A stretch of DNA of 64,000 bases from Clostridia bacterium (GCA_017517465.1 JAFWYZ010000018.1:13704-77703); one strand, 5' to 3'; shown: positions 9,527-19,600, numbered from the stretch's first letter. Program-made: numbers and translations. The notes: generated by a model not told the origin, from the letters alone.

Positions 9527-10122
9527 TTCAGCTGTGCCATGCGCCTTTCCAGCACATCGGGAGCGGCCACGGAATAACCGAAGAAGCCCAGTGCTTCCCC
9601 CAAGCCATAATAGGCACCGTGGTTATAGGCCACCAGATTGGCCTTGTTGTAATCAATGCGTCCTGTTTCATCCAGCAGTTCATCGCTGATGCCCATGGAC
9701 ACAATTTCACCGATGTACATATCATGGCTGCCCAGCCGTTCCACTTTCCTTACCTTACAGGCCAGATAAATGGGGCATTCGGCAATGGCAGGGGCTGCTT
9801 CCATGCCCTCCACAGAAACAGCCGTCAGGCCGCATTCCTTGAACTTGTCAAAGTCCCGGCCGCTCTTGACGCCGCACCAATCGGTGGCCTGCAGGTTTTT
9901 TTCGCCGCACAGATTCACCACAAATTCGCCTGTTTCTTCAATGATATCATGGGAATAGCGTTCCGGCCGCACAGAAACGGACACCATGGGCGGATCGGAA
10001 TTCACCGTACCTGCCCAGGCAATGGTAACCGCATTGGGCTTTTCACCCTTTCTGGCACAGCTGACCAGCACCGCAGGCACAGGGGCCAGCAGGGTGCCGG
10101 GCTTCAGATTCACAAAAGCCAT
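9523..10122 (-). CDS. Flavin reductase family protein (FMN-binding split barrel)
   Basis: 199 aa, with NAVTIAWAGTVNSDPPMVSVSVRPERYSHDII. It has an ATGA overlap with the downstream GNAT gene. Confidence 0.85.
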   Translation of the reverse strand: MAFVNLKPGTLLAPVPAVLVSCARKGEKPNAVTIAWAGTVNSDPPMVSVSVRPERYSHDIIEETGEFVVNLCGEKNLQATDWCGVKSGRDFDKFKECGLTAVSVEGMEAAPAIAECPIYLACKVRKVERLGSHDMYIGEIVSMGISDELLDETGRIDYNKANLVAYNHGAYYGLGEALGFFGYSVAAPDVLERRMAQLK

Positions 10123-10137
10123 TCTGATTTCCTCCTC

Positions 10138-11340
10138 TTATTTCGCTGCCGCCCGTCCGGCCAGCATGCCGGAAGCAAAGGCAAACAGCAGGTTATAGCC
10201 GCCGCAGTCGCCGTCCACGTTCAGCATTTCCCCGGCAGCATACAGCCCCGGAACTTTCTTCGATTGCAGGGTGGCAGCATCAAATTCCGCTGCAGCAATA
10301 CCGCCCCGGGTGACCTGGGCATATTCAAAGCCCCTTACCCCGGTCAGCGGCACCCGGAAGGCACACAGCTTTTCTGCCATTTTTTCCAGCGGCAGCCCCT
10401 GCAGCTTTTCAGCCAGCAGCCTGGGCAGCAGACCGCAAAGCAGATCCTCTTTCGGCAACAAACCAGCCCGTTTTTTCAGGAAAGCAAGCATACGTTCATA
10501 CGCTGCCTTTCCATCCTGTACCGAAACACGCTCATACCGGCAGGGCATCAGCCCCAGCATGGGCGAAAAATCCATCTTCAGTACCGCTTTTTGCAGCCCG
10601 TGCACCTGCGCCGACAGCTGCATGGCACAGATGCCGCTGACCCCATAATCGGTAAACAGTGCTTCCCCGGCAGCCGCTGCCACCGGCCTGTCGCCGTCAC
10701 ACAGGGTCAAAACCGCCGGGAGCCGCAGCCCTGACAGCCCTTTCACTGCGCCCTTCTCCGCCAATAGCGGTACCAGCGCAGGCATGGGCTTTTTCAATGT
10801 ATGCCCCAGCCGGGTCAATAATGCATAGGCCGCACCGTCATGGCCCAGCTTTCCGCCCGCCATGCCGCCACAGGTGACGATCACCTTGCTGCAGGCGTAC
10901 ACCTGCTCCCCGGCAAACACCCGAAAGCCATCCCCGCTTTTTTCAATTTTCTCCGTTCTGGCATCGCAGATGATATCCACCCGGCAGCGTTCCATGGCCC
11001 GGCGCAGCACATCCAGCACAGCCGCAGCCTGGCCGCAGCCAGGGTACACCCTGCCGCCGTCTTCCTCCCTGGTCACCAGGCCCAGATTGTGAAAAAAGGA
11101 CAGCACTTCTTCTTTGCCGCAGTGCTTCAGTACCTCTGTGGCAAAACCGGCTTCTCCATAATAGGGGGCATCCTGCATGTTGATCAGGTTGCACCGGCCG
11201 TTGCCCGTGGCCAGCAGTTTCCTGCCCACCCGGGGGGAAGCCTCCGCAATGGCCACTTTTTTCCCATTTCCGGATGCGGAAAGCGCAGCGGCCATACCCG
11301 CTGCGCCTCCGCCGATGATCAATACATCGTACTTTTTCAT
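10138..11340 (-). CDS. NAD(P)/FAD-dependent oxidoreductase, HI0933/YhiN/BaiN family
   Basis: 400 aa, with DVLIIGGGAAGMAAA, ATGNGRCNLIN and LYAAGEMLNVDGDCGGYNL. Confidence 0.85.
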   Translation of the reverse strand: MKKYDVLIIGGGAAGMAAALSASGNGKKVAIAEASPRVGRKLLATGNGRCNLINMQDAPYYGEAGFATEVLKHCGKEEVLSFFHNLGLVTREEDGGRVYPGCGQAAAVLDVLRRAMERCRVDIICDARTEKIEKSGDGFRVFAGEQVYACSKVIVTCGGMAGGKLGHDGAAYALLTRLGHTLKKPMPALVPLLAEKGAVKGLSGLRLPAVLTLCDGDRPVAAAAGEALFTDYGVSGICAMQLSAQVHGLQKAVLKMDFSPMLGLMPCRYERVSVQDGKAAYERMLAFLKKRAGLLPKEDLLCGLLPRLLAEKLQGLPLEKMAEKLCAFRVPLTGVRGFEYAQVTRGGIAAAEFDAATLQSKKVPGLYAAGEMLNVDGDCGGYNLLFAFASGMLAGRAAAK

Positions 11341-11348
11341 ATCACTGA

Positions 11349-13955
11349 TTATTTCCAGCCGCTCTCGGATGCCTTGTAAGCATCTTCAATGGCGGTCTGA
11401 TGGCCATACCAGCCGTTCTTGGCATTGTCATAGTCCACCTTGGCAGGGTTATCCTTGCTGCCGTGGGTCTTACTGTTGGTGAAGTGGACGCAGAACTGAC
11501 CGTTGTAGTTGTTGTCGGGAATACGGTCGCCGTCAAAGTTATGGGGAATGCCGTACATGGAGCCGCAGAAGGTGCGGCCGGCAATGGTCACCCACAGGGG
11601 ACGGCGGCGGTAGGACTGCAGTTCCGACTCACGGTCGGAGATTTCCTGGGCATTATTGACGCCGTAAATGCGGCAGATGGCCTCGGTATCTTCGGTGGTG
11701 GCAGGCTCAGCGTCAGCGTGGTTATCGCCGTAGAGGCGCTGTGCGCGGAAGGAAATGCCGGTCTTCACATCGGTAATGACAGCCTTGGTGCCAACGGCCC
11801 ACAGGCCGTTCACATCACCGGTCCACCAGTCACTCTTTTCCACAGGATAGAGGATGGGGGTCACGCTGCTGCCGGTGTAATAGCCTTCGGGCACGGTGCC
11901 GAAGAGGGCATGCTGGGTCTGGTCACCGGCCACGCCGTCCACAGCCAGCTTTTTGTCCGTCTGGAAGGCCTTCACGGCTGCCACAGTGGCACTCTGGTAG
12001 GTGCCGGTGGCATCGGCGGCATTCAGATAGCCCTGCTTGACCAGTTCGTCCTGCAGTGCCTTCACATCTTCGCCGCTGTCACCCAGCTCCAGCTTCCGGT
12101 AAGAAGCTTCCGGAGGAGCATCGGGATTGCCGGCCAGCTCCAGCATCTTCTTTTCTTCCACCGTCAGCACGCGCACATAATCGCCGTGCATCCAACCGGA
12201 AAGATTGCCGTACTTCACATTGAACCAGTAGAACTGCTGGCTGACATCCTGGGTATAGTTGCCAAGGTAGGTCAGCTTGGTGCCCTCGTTATAGAACATG
12301 GTCAGTTCACGGGAAGAAGAAGAGGGATTGGCACGCAGCTTCACCTTGGTGGTGTTGGTCATGGCCACATCACTGAAGGTGGAAGGATCGGGCAAGGGAG
12401 TGGCGGTGGGCTTGGGAGTGGGGGTAGGCTGCTGGCCCTGCCACTGGTCATATTCCGCATTGGTCAGCACACGGACGAAGCTGCCGTGCACCCAACCGGC
12501 CTTGTTGCCGATCATAATCTTATACCAGGTAACACCGGATACCTTTTCGGTGTCAAAGAACTCGGTCACATAATCCTTGTCCAGCTGGGTATTGCCGTTG
12601 AGCACGGCAGCCTTCTTGCTGGGCTTTTCACGCACCCACAGATCGTCATCGGTGGTGATGATATAATCACTGTTGCCGGGACGGGGCGTAGCAGGCGCAG
12701 GCGTGGGGGTGGGGCAAGTGCCGTACTGCTTGTAGTAGTCCACCTGCCAGGAAGCCAGTTCCACAATACAGTCGCTGCGGATATAGCCGCGGGTACCGTC
12801 GGCAGTCATCACGGGATACCAGTCATAGGGATCGCCGTCCACCTTGGCGCCGGTCTGGGTCAGCACGGTGTAGGCCTTGGAAATCTTGCCCACAGTGTCA
12901 GCACCGGCCTTGGGAGCATTGCGGATCCATACATAGTCCATGGAGGTGGCCAGATAACCGGTGGTCACAGGGGCCTGGGTGGGAGCGGGGGTGGCACTGC
13001 CGCCGGGGCTTCCGCCTTCGGTAATTTCAGCAAAGGTATTCAGAAGATAGCCGTATTCCTGGCTCTTGGCATCATACACATAGAACCAGACAGACATATC
13101 GTCGGTATCGATCTTGGTGCCGTAGAAGGGGAACACCGTGCCCTTTTCCGCCACACGGCGGATCACGCTTTCCCAGGGTTCCTCACGCAGGTTCACCTGG
13201 CCATGGGTGGTGCGCACATAGCCCATCTGGCCGGGCACGGGAGAAGCGGTGGGAGCAGGGGTAACAATGGGAGCGGAGGGATTGCCCACTTCGTTGCCGT
13301 TTGCATCGCAGTACACATAGCAGTCGCTGCGCACATAACCCACGGTGCCGTTGTAATTCACCAGCACCCAGTTATAGCCGCCGATTTTACCGGTGGGGCC
13401 TTCAAAATATTCCAGCACAGTACCCACGGGCATTTTGGATTCCATGGGGCCCGTCAGCACAGAGCCGTCGGGAGATTTGCGGATGTTCACCCGGTCCTTC
13501 ACCAGCCGCACATACTGGCTGCCGGCAGAAGGGGGTGTGGTGGGTGCCTGGGTGGGAACAGGCGTAACCTGCGCACCGCCGGAAACGTAGGAGGGGAACA
13601 GCTCAGTACCTGCCTGAGCCCATGCATCCACTTCCGCAGTGTTCATTTCATGCAGAAAATCGCCGTGGATATAGCCCAGACGGCCGTCGGACAGACGGGC
13701 CACCTGGTACCACTTCACGCTGTTCTTGGTGGTCGTGCCCAGCACTTCCATCACCAGGCCTTCGGGCAGCCGGGTGATATAATTGGTGGTACCGGGAGAG
13801 GGCCGGAAATTCACCACACGGTTCTGGGAATCGTTGTTGATCACCAGGTAACCGTACTGTGCGCCCTCCGCCTGTGCAGCAGGGAACAAGGCTGCCAGCA
13901 TCACTGTCAGCAGCATCACTGTCATCAGCTTTCCAAGTCCGCCCATTTTCTTCAT
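11349..13955 (-). CDS. Secreted cell-wall-associated protein: about seven SH3b-like repeats, a PG_binding_1 domain and an unassigned C-terminal domain
   Basis: Track ORF 11349..13967. Signal peptide MKKMGGLGKLMTVMLLTVMLAALFPAAQA. Repeated modules of the type VNxRxxPxxx...WYxVxxxxGxxGYIxxDxV are separated by P/T-rich linkers. A PG-binding motif follows (GDSGEDVKALQDELVKQGYL...AVKAFQ...DGVAGDQT). The last approximately 190 aa have no family I can name. Confidence 0.8.
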   Translation of the reverse strand: MKKMGGLGKLMTVMLLTVMLAALFPAAQAEGAQYGYLVINNDSQNRVVNFRPSPGTTNYITRLPEGLVMEVLGTTTKNSVKWYQVARLSDGRLGYIHGDFLHEMNTAEVDAWAQAGTELFPSYVSGGAQVTPVPTQAPTTPPSAGSQYVRLVKDRVNIRKSPDGSVLTGPMESKMPVGTVLEYFEGPTGKIGGYNWVLVNYNGTVGYVRSDCYVYCDANGNEVGNPSAPIVTPAPTASPVPGQMGYVRTTHGQVNLREEPWESVIRRVAEKGTVFPFYGTKIDTDDMSVWFYVYDAKSQEYGYLLNTFAEITEGGSPGGSATPAPTQAPVTTGYLATSMDYVWIRNAPKAGADTVGKISKAYTVLTQTGAKVDGDPYDWYPVMTADGTRGYIRSDCIVELASWQVDYYKQYGTCPTPTPAPATPRPGNSDYIITTDDDLWVREKPSKKAAVLNGNTQLDKDYVTEFFDTEKVSGVTWYKIMIGNKAGWVHGSFVRVLTNAEYDQWQGQQPTPTPKPTATPLPDPSTFSDVAMTNTTKVKLRANPSSSSRELTMFYNEGTKLTYLGNYTQDVSQQFYWFNVKYGNLSGWMHGDYVRVLTVEEKKMLELAGNPDAPPEASYRKLELGDSGEDVKALQDELVKQGYLNAADATGTYQSATVAAVKAFQTDKKLAVDGVAGDQTQHALFGTVPEGYYTGSSVTPILYPVEKSDWWTGDVNGLWAVGTKAVITDVKTGISFRAQRLYGDNHADAEPATTEDTEAICRIYGVNNAQEISDRESELQSYRRRPLWVTIAGRTFCGSMYGIPHNFDGDRIPDNNYNGQFCVHFTNSKTHGSKDNPAKVDYDNAKNGWYGHQTAIEDAYKASESGWK

Positions 13956-14146
13956 AAGAAAGTACACCCCATCCGTTTCCGTTTCGTTATTTGGAATCCA
14001 TTCACGGCGGCATTCTGCGCCGCCTGTCGTTCAAATCAAAGGAAAGGATACAATCCTTCTCATGTATTCTATTACATTTCTGTTACAAGGTCAAGCGTTT
14101 TTTATAAATTTATTACGATTTTTTTCGTTTTTTTGTTTCAGTTTGC

Positions 14147-14175
14147 TTTACGATTGAAACAAAGTATGGTATACT
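14147..14175 (+). promoter_or_regulatory. Putative sigma-A promoter for pdp
   Basis: TTTACG, a 17-nt spacer with TGG (extended -10), then TATACT, in an AT-rich divergent intergenic region. Confidence 0.4.
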
Positions 14176-14234
14176 ACCCTTGGCATATTGTAATAAGGAA
14201 GGGATATACCACAAAGAAGGAAGGAACGATCAAT

Positions 14235-15563
14235 ATGGATATTCTTTCTGTTATCGAACACAAGAAAAAAAACATGGCCCTGACGGAAGAAGAAATCCGC
14301 TTTTTTGCCCAGGGTGCTGCAGACGGCACCATTCCCGATTACCAGCTGGCTGCCCTTCTGATGGCCATCCGCCTCAACGGTATGACCATGCAGGAAACCG
14401 CCTGGCTTACTGACTGCATGGCCCGCAGCGGCGCCATGCTGCAGCCGGACGTGGGCGGCATCCCGCTGGACAAGCACTCCACCGGCGGTGTGGGCGATAC
14501 CACCACGCTGGTGCTGGCACCGCTGGTGGCAGCCTGCGGCGGCAAAGTGTTGAAAATGAGCGGCAGAGGGCTGGGCCACACCGGCGGTACGGTGGATAAG
14601 CTGGAAAGTATCCCCGGCATGCAGGTGGAATTAGATGAAGAAACCTTTGTGGATATTGTGCGGCGCGTGGGCTGCTGCGTGGTGGGCCAAAGCAAAAACC
14701 TGGCCCCGGCAGACAAACGGCTCTATGCTCTGCGGGATGTGACGGGCACGGTGGACTCCGTTCCCCTGATCGCCTCCAGCATCTTAAGCAAGAAATTCGC
14801 CTCCGGTGCCAAGGCCATCGTGCTGGACGTGAAGGTAGGGTCCGGTGCGCTGATGCCCACGTTGGATGACGCCATCCGCCTGGCCAAAACCATGGTGGAA
14901 ATCGGAAAAATCCTGCACCGCCCCGTTTCCTGCGTGATCTCCGGCATGGAAGAGCCGCTGGGCTCCCGTGTGGGCAATGCGCTGGAAGTGAAGGAAGCGG
15001 TGGAAATCCTGCAGGGCAAGGTACAGGGCCCGCTGAAGGATGTTGCCCTGTTCCTTGGCAGCCGGATGCTGCTCAATGCCAGCCTTGCAAAAACAGCCAA
15101 CGAAGCCACGGAAAAGCTGGCCCATGCCATCGAAACCGGGGCCGGGCTGGAAAAACTGAAAGAAATGATCCGGGCCCAGGGCGGTATGCCAGATGTGTGT
15201 GACAACGTGGTCCTCCTGCCCACAGCCCCCTGCATCCGGCCGGTATTGTCCCCGGAAAGCGGCTGGCTTTCCGCCACCGACGGTGTGGCCCTTGGCATGG
15301 CCGCCCAGAAAATGGGGGCCGGGCGCATGACCAAAGATGATGTGATTGACCCCGCTGTGGGCTTTATCATGAAAAAGCGCATTGGAGACTGGGTGGAGAA
15401 AGGCGAAGAAATTGCCATTCTTCATGCCTGCGGTACCGCATCCGCCGATGAAGCGGAAAAGAATATCCTCGCTGCGCTTTCCCTCTCCCCTGTTCCCGCT
15501 CCTCCTTCCCGGCTGATTTACGCCCTGGTGGATGAAAACGGTGTTCAGGAAATCAACTTATAA
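14235..15563 (+). CDS. pdp: Pyrimidine-nucleoside (thymidine) phosphorylase
   Basis: This is the 3' part of the long track ORF 11400..15563. The ATG at 14235 follows a GGAAGGAA RBS. It starts MDILSVIEHKK and carries DKHSTGGVGDTTTLVLAP and SGRGLGHTGGTVDKLESIPG. Confidence 0.9.
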   Translation: MDILSVIEHKKKNMALTEEEIRFFAQGAADGTIPDYQLAALLMAIRLNGMTMQETAWLTDCMARSGAMLQPDVGGIPLDKHSTGGVGDTTTLVLAPLVAACGGKVLKMSGRGLGHTGGTVDKLESIPGMQVELDEETFVDIVRRVGCCVVGQSKNLAPADKRLYALRDVTGTVDSVPLIASSILSKKFASGAKAIVLDVKVGSGALMPTLDDAIRLAKTMVEIGKILHRPVSCVISGMEEPLGSRVGNALEVKEAVEILQGKVQGPLKDVALFLGSRMLLNASLAKTANEATEKLAHAIETGAGLEKLKEMIRAQGGMPDVCDNVVLLPTAPCIRPVLSPESGWLSATDGVALGMAAQKMGAGRMTKDDVIDPAVGFIMKKRIGDWVEKGEEIAILHACGTASADEAEKNILAALSLSPVPAPPSRLIYALVDENGVQEINL

Positions 15564-15576
15564 AAGGAGAACCAAA

Positions 15577-16725
15577 ATGAAAAAAATCTTTGCTTTGCTC
15601 ATTTGCCTGATGATGCTGCTTCCCGCCGCTCTGGCTGCGGAAGTGGAAGAAAGCCCTGCCCTTTCTCTGGAAGAAATGGAAATGTACTATGCTTCGCTTC
15701 TGGAACAGCTGAAAGCGGAAGGCTGCCAGATCACGGAAAACGAACAGGGGGTTTTCACTGCCCAGTCCTCTGCCGGGGATATTTTCCTCTCCCAGCAGAC
15801 CCTCGGCGATGAAACCCATGTGCTGGGTGCCCGCCTGAACGTGGACACAGCTTGCCTGCGCGGCCTGAAGGTGGGCGACACCCTGGATATGATCTTCCAG
15901 CTCTATCCCAACGACAATCCTTCCCTCACCGGCACCTATTACGAAGCCACCCTTTCCTTCCGCGGCGCGGAACCGGAAATCTGCCTGGGCTATGCCCTGC
16001 GTGACGGCCAGCGGGTGCAGGAAGTGACCTATGTGGTGTACAACTGGCAGGCGGACGGCATTCTCAAAGCCGGTATCACCTACACCCTGGATCAGGGTTC
16101 CATCCAGCAGATCTCCCTCTTCACCGCTGACGAACTGCTGACCGCAGAAGAAGCGGAAACCGAAATCAACGATTCCGCCATGATCCAGGAAGCCAGCGAA
16201 TACTTCGCCTATCCTTCCTCCATGAACGGCCTGGAGCTGGACCCCTTCTGCCGGGAAGATTTGCTCTTTGCCGGGCTGGATTTCTACGGCCTCACCCCCG
16301 AAAAGGCCATCACTGTGCTGGGTGCCGCTCCTGTGGATGAATGGACAGAGGACAGCAACGGCGCTTTCCTGCGTCTTCTGCAGTGGGACAGCATTTCCCT
16401 GGTGTGCAGGTATGACAGCAGCAAGCAGTTCCAGTCCGTCTACAGCCTGTCCGTCAATGATGACGTGATGGAAGGCCCCCGGGGTCTGCGCATCGGCGAT
16501 TATCTGGACACCGTGCTCTTCCGCTTCCGTCACAGCGAAGGCAGCCTGATCGAAAACGGCATGCTGCTCTACGGCGACGGCCAGAATGCCCCCTACGGCA
16601 CCGTGACCTACGGCCCCGATGCGGATACCGTGGCCTATGCCGTCAGCCTGGACGGCGAAGTGGTGCTGCTGCGGCTGACCTTCATGGACGATGTGCTGCA
16701 GGAAATGCAGCTGCTCAACCAATAA
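15577..16725 (+). CDS. Secreted hypothetical protein with an internal two-domain duplication
   Basis: An AAAGGAGA RBS precedes the ATG at 15577. Signal peptide MKKIFALLICLMMLLPAALA. Duplicated segments are LRGLKVGDTLDMIFQLY and PRGLRIGDYLDTVLFRF. Confidence 0.7.
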   Translation: MKKIFALLICLMMLLPAALAAEVEESPALSLEEMEMYYASLLEQLKAEGCQITENEQGVFTAQSSAGDIFLSQQTLGDETHVLGARLNVDTACLRGLKVGDTLDMIFQLYPNDNPSLTGTYYEATLSFRGAEPEICLGYALRDGQRVQEVTYVVYNWQADGILKAGITYTLDQGSIQQISLFTADELLTAEEAETEINDSAMIQEASEYFAYPSSMNGLELDPFCREDLLFAGLDFYGLTPEKAITVLGAAPVDEWTEDSNGAFLRLLQWDSISLVCRYDSSKQFQSVYSLSVNDDVMEGPRGLRIGDYLDTVLFRFRHSEGSLIENGMLLYGDGQNAPYGTVTYGPDADTVAYAVSLDGEVVLLRLTFMDDVLQEMQLLNQ

Positions 16726-16783
16726 TCCCCCCAGTACAAAAGATTCCTTCATTTTTCATTGACATTCAGGAGGCGTATCACTC

Positions 16784-19600
16784 ATGCGGATCGACCTGAC
16801 CTGCCCTGTGGAAATGTGGCATTGCAAAATGCCCACCCAGGACTACCCCGTGCTCACCATGGAAATATACAATCTTTCCGAAAAGGATGTAAAAAGCATT
16901 CAGGTGTGTTTGCTTTGCTACGACCGGGAAGGAGAATTGTATGCCCGTCAGGTAGAACGCATTCAGGGCCTGGATGCGCCCTCTCATCATGCCTTTGAAG
17001 CAACCATGGCTGCAGAAGATGCCGTGTATGCCCAGGACATGGAAGTGCTGATCGAAAAGGTATGGTACGAAGACGGCACGGTGTGGCGCCGCGGCGCTTC
17101 TTCCCCCACCGAATTTGTGCCCTCCCCCACCCTGAAGGGCCAGCGGCTGCAGGTGATGCAGCAATTGGCCGGGCATGATGCTTCCTGCTATCCCAGCGAT
17201 CAGGGCAATGTGTGGGTGTGCGTGTGCGGCCGTGCCAATGCCCCCCGGGAGGATGCCTGCCGACGGTGCCACCGGGACAAGCACGATATCTTTACCCAGT
17301 TCAACGAGGCTGCCATTGAAAAGATCATCTTTGAACAGCAAAATGCACTGGAAGAAGAACAGCGCCGGCAGCGGGAAGAGCAAAAGCGGCTCAACGAAGA
17401 AAAGGAAAAGCTTCTGAAGAAAAAGCGCCGCCGCCGCAAGATCATCATCAGCGTCTCTGTTACGGTGCTGCTGCTGGCAGGGCTGGCCTACGGCACTTAC
17501 TTCCACGGCATTCCCTACTATAAATACTACATGGCCAACCGCTCCCTGGACAATGCCCAGTATGAAAGCGCCAAGGAACAGTTCCTGGCCCTGGAAGATT
17601 ACCGGGATGCCGCGGATATGGCCCTGGAATGCGATTACCGCGCTGCTACAGCTGCCCTGAACGGCGGCACCTACACCTCCCTGCGCACCGCTCAGAGTGC
17701 CTTTGATGCCCTGGCCGATTATAAGGACAGCGCCGAAAAGGCCAAGGAATCCCGGTACGTGTATGCCGAAAAGCAGTTTGCTGCCGGCGAATGGGAGCAG
17801 GCCATTGCCTATTACGAGCAAACCCCCGGCTATCAGGAAGCCGATGCCAAGATCACCCTGTGCCACTACAACCGGGCCATGGATCTGATGGAAGCCCAGG
17901 AGTATCAGGAGGCCAGGGAAAAATTCCTGAACCTTGGCAACTATCAGGATTCTGCCACCAACGCTCAGGAATGCCTGTACCAGCCTGCCATGAAGGCCAT
18001 GGAAATGGGTGACAATCTGCTGGCCGTCGATTATTTCAAACAGCTGGGCGAATACCGGGACAGCACGCTGAAGCTGCAGATGGCTTATTATGCTGCTGCA
18101 GACCAGTATTTTGCCGAAGCAGACTATGACACCGCTGCAGAATATTACCTGCTGGCCGGAGACTATTCTGACGCGTTCCGCCGGGCCACCGGGTGCCTGT
18201 ACGCCCCCGCCGTGGATGCTATGGAAGCCGGTGAATATGCCCAGGCCGTGGAAATGTTCAGCAAAATTTCCGCCTATGAGGATGCACAGGAACTGATGGA
18301 AAAGTGCATTTACCTGCAGGGTGAAGCGCTGATGAACGAAGGCGACTATGAAGGTGCGCTTGCCTTCTTCGATCAGGTGCCGGATATGCCCGAAGCACAG
18401 GATGGCCGCCGGGAATGCACCTATCAGCCCGCCATGGCCCTGCTGGAAGAAGGGGACAAGGAAGCTGCGCTGCAGATGCTGCTCACCATCCCCGGCTATA
18501 AAGACGTGGACGACCATACCAATCAGCTGCAGTACGAAAAGGCCATCGGCTATGCCAATGAACGGGATTGGGAAAAAGCCATGCAGCTATTCCAGGCCCT
18601 GCAGGGCTATAAGAACAGCGCCGATGAATTGCAAAATGCCCGTTACGGCTACGCCATTTCCCTCATCGATCAGGCCCAGTACACCGATGCCATCCAGCGG
18701 CTGGAAGAAATGGACGGCTATATGAACAGCGACGAATACATCCTCAAGGCCCAGTACATGATGGCCCTGGATCAGAAGGCCCGGGGTGAACTGGCCCTGG
18801 CCCAGAGCAGCTTTGAACTGCTGGGCGACTATGCCGACAGCAAAGACCAGGCCAAGGACTGCATATACCAGCAGGCCCTGAATCTGGCTGAAGCAGGCAA
18901 AACCAAGGAAGCTACCGACCTGTTCCTCACCGTCTCCGATTATCTGGATGCCAGGGACAGGATCAGCGATTATGCCTATCAGGCAGCGCAGGTGGCCGAA
19001 AATGATGGTGATCTGGCCGAAGCTGCACGGCTGTATGCCCAGGCAGGCGATGTGAAGGATGCCAAGGAAAAGGCCGAAACCTGCGCCGATCTTTATTATG
19101 CTGAAGCCTACCGCATGGCAAAGGCGGCTACGGAAGCAAAGGATTATCAATCTGTTGTGAACATCCTGGCCCCCTTCTGGCAGGATCAGCTGTCCGAAAA
19201 GTATGCCGAGATCCCTGGTCTTTACCGGGAAGCCTGCTACCAGTACGCAAACCAGCTCTATTCCGACGAAAAGAAGCCCTTCGAAGCCCTGAAGTATTAC
19301 AGGCAGATCATGGACTATGCAGACGTGGCCGAAAAGAAAATGGACCGCACCGTCTATAACCTGATGGGCACCTGGAAAACGGACAAGGGCTACACCTTCA
19401 TCTTCCGGGAAGACGGCACCTGCAGCATCGACGGCCGGGAATCCTACTATAACGCTTCCCTTTACGGTCTTTCCATCGGTGACCGGGAAGATGAGCTGAC
19501 CTACACCTACAACGTGATGCGCCTGACAGAAAAAAATGCCACGCTGCTCCACGAAAAGAAGAATACCTACTACCGCCTGACCCGTGTAACGGAAGAATAA
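16784..19600 (+). CDS. Zn-ribbon / single-TM / 14x helical-repeat (TPR-like) membrane protein
   Basis: 938 aa. Features in order: an N-terminal domain, a zinc ribbon (WVCVCGRANAPREDACRRCHRD), a charged coiled segment, a TM helix (IIISVSVTVLLLAGLAYGTYF), then about 14 repeats of the type FxxLGDYxDSxxxxxxCxYxxA, and a small C-terminal beta-rich domain. Confidence 0.75.
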   Translation: MRIDLTCPVEMWHCKMPTQDYPVLTMEIYNLSEKDVKSIQVCLLCYDREGELYARQVERIQGLDAPSHHAFEATMAAEDAVYAQDMEVLIEKVWYEDGTVWRRGASSPTEFVPSPTLKGQRLQVMQQLAGHDASCYPSDQGNVWVCVCGRANAPREDACRRCHRDKHDIFTQFNEAAIEKIIFEQQNALEEEQRRQREEQKRLNEEKEKLLKKKRRRRKIIISVSVTVLLLAGLAYGTYFHGIPYYKYYMANRSLDNAQYESAKEQFLALEDYRDAADMALECDYRAATAALNGGTYTSLRTAQSAFDALADYKDSAEKAKESRYVYAEKQFAAGEWEQAIAYYEQTPGYQEADAKITLCHYNRAMDLMEAQEYQEAREKFLNLGNYQDSATNAQECLYQPAMKAMEMGDNLLAVDYFKQLGEYRDSTLKLQMAYYAAADQYFAEADYDTAAEYYLLAGDYSDAFRRATGCLYAPAVDAMEAGEYAQAVEMFSKISAYEDAQELMEKCIYLQGEALMNEGDYEGALAFFDQVPDMPEAQDGRRECTYQPAMALLEEGDKEAALQMLLTIPGYKDVDDHTNQLQYEKAIGYANERDWEKAMQLFQALQGYKNSADELQNARYGYAISLIDQAQYTDAIQRLEEMDGYMNSDEYILKAQYMMALDQKARGELALAQSSFELLGDYADSKDQAKDCIYQQALNLAEAGKTKEATDLFLTVSDYLDARDRISDYAYQAAQVAENDGDLAEAARLYAQAGDVKDAKEKAETCADLYYAEAYRMAKAATEAKDYQSVVNILAPFWQDQLSEKYAEIPGLYREACYQYANQLYSDEKKPFEALKYYRQIMDYADVAEKKMDRTVYNLMGTWKTDKGYTFIFREDGTCSIDGRESYYNASLYGLSIGDREDELTYTYNVMRLTEKNATLLHEKKNTYYRLTRVTEE

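Noticed and set aside
11400-14234. 5' two-thirds of the 1387-aa plus-strand ORF 11400..15563
   Set aside because: Only the last 442 codons (from the ATG at 14235, with RBS) encode pdp. The upstream part is antisense to the SH3b protein gene, crosses an AT-rich promoter region and is merely open by chance.
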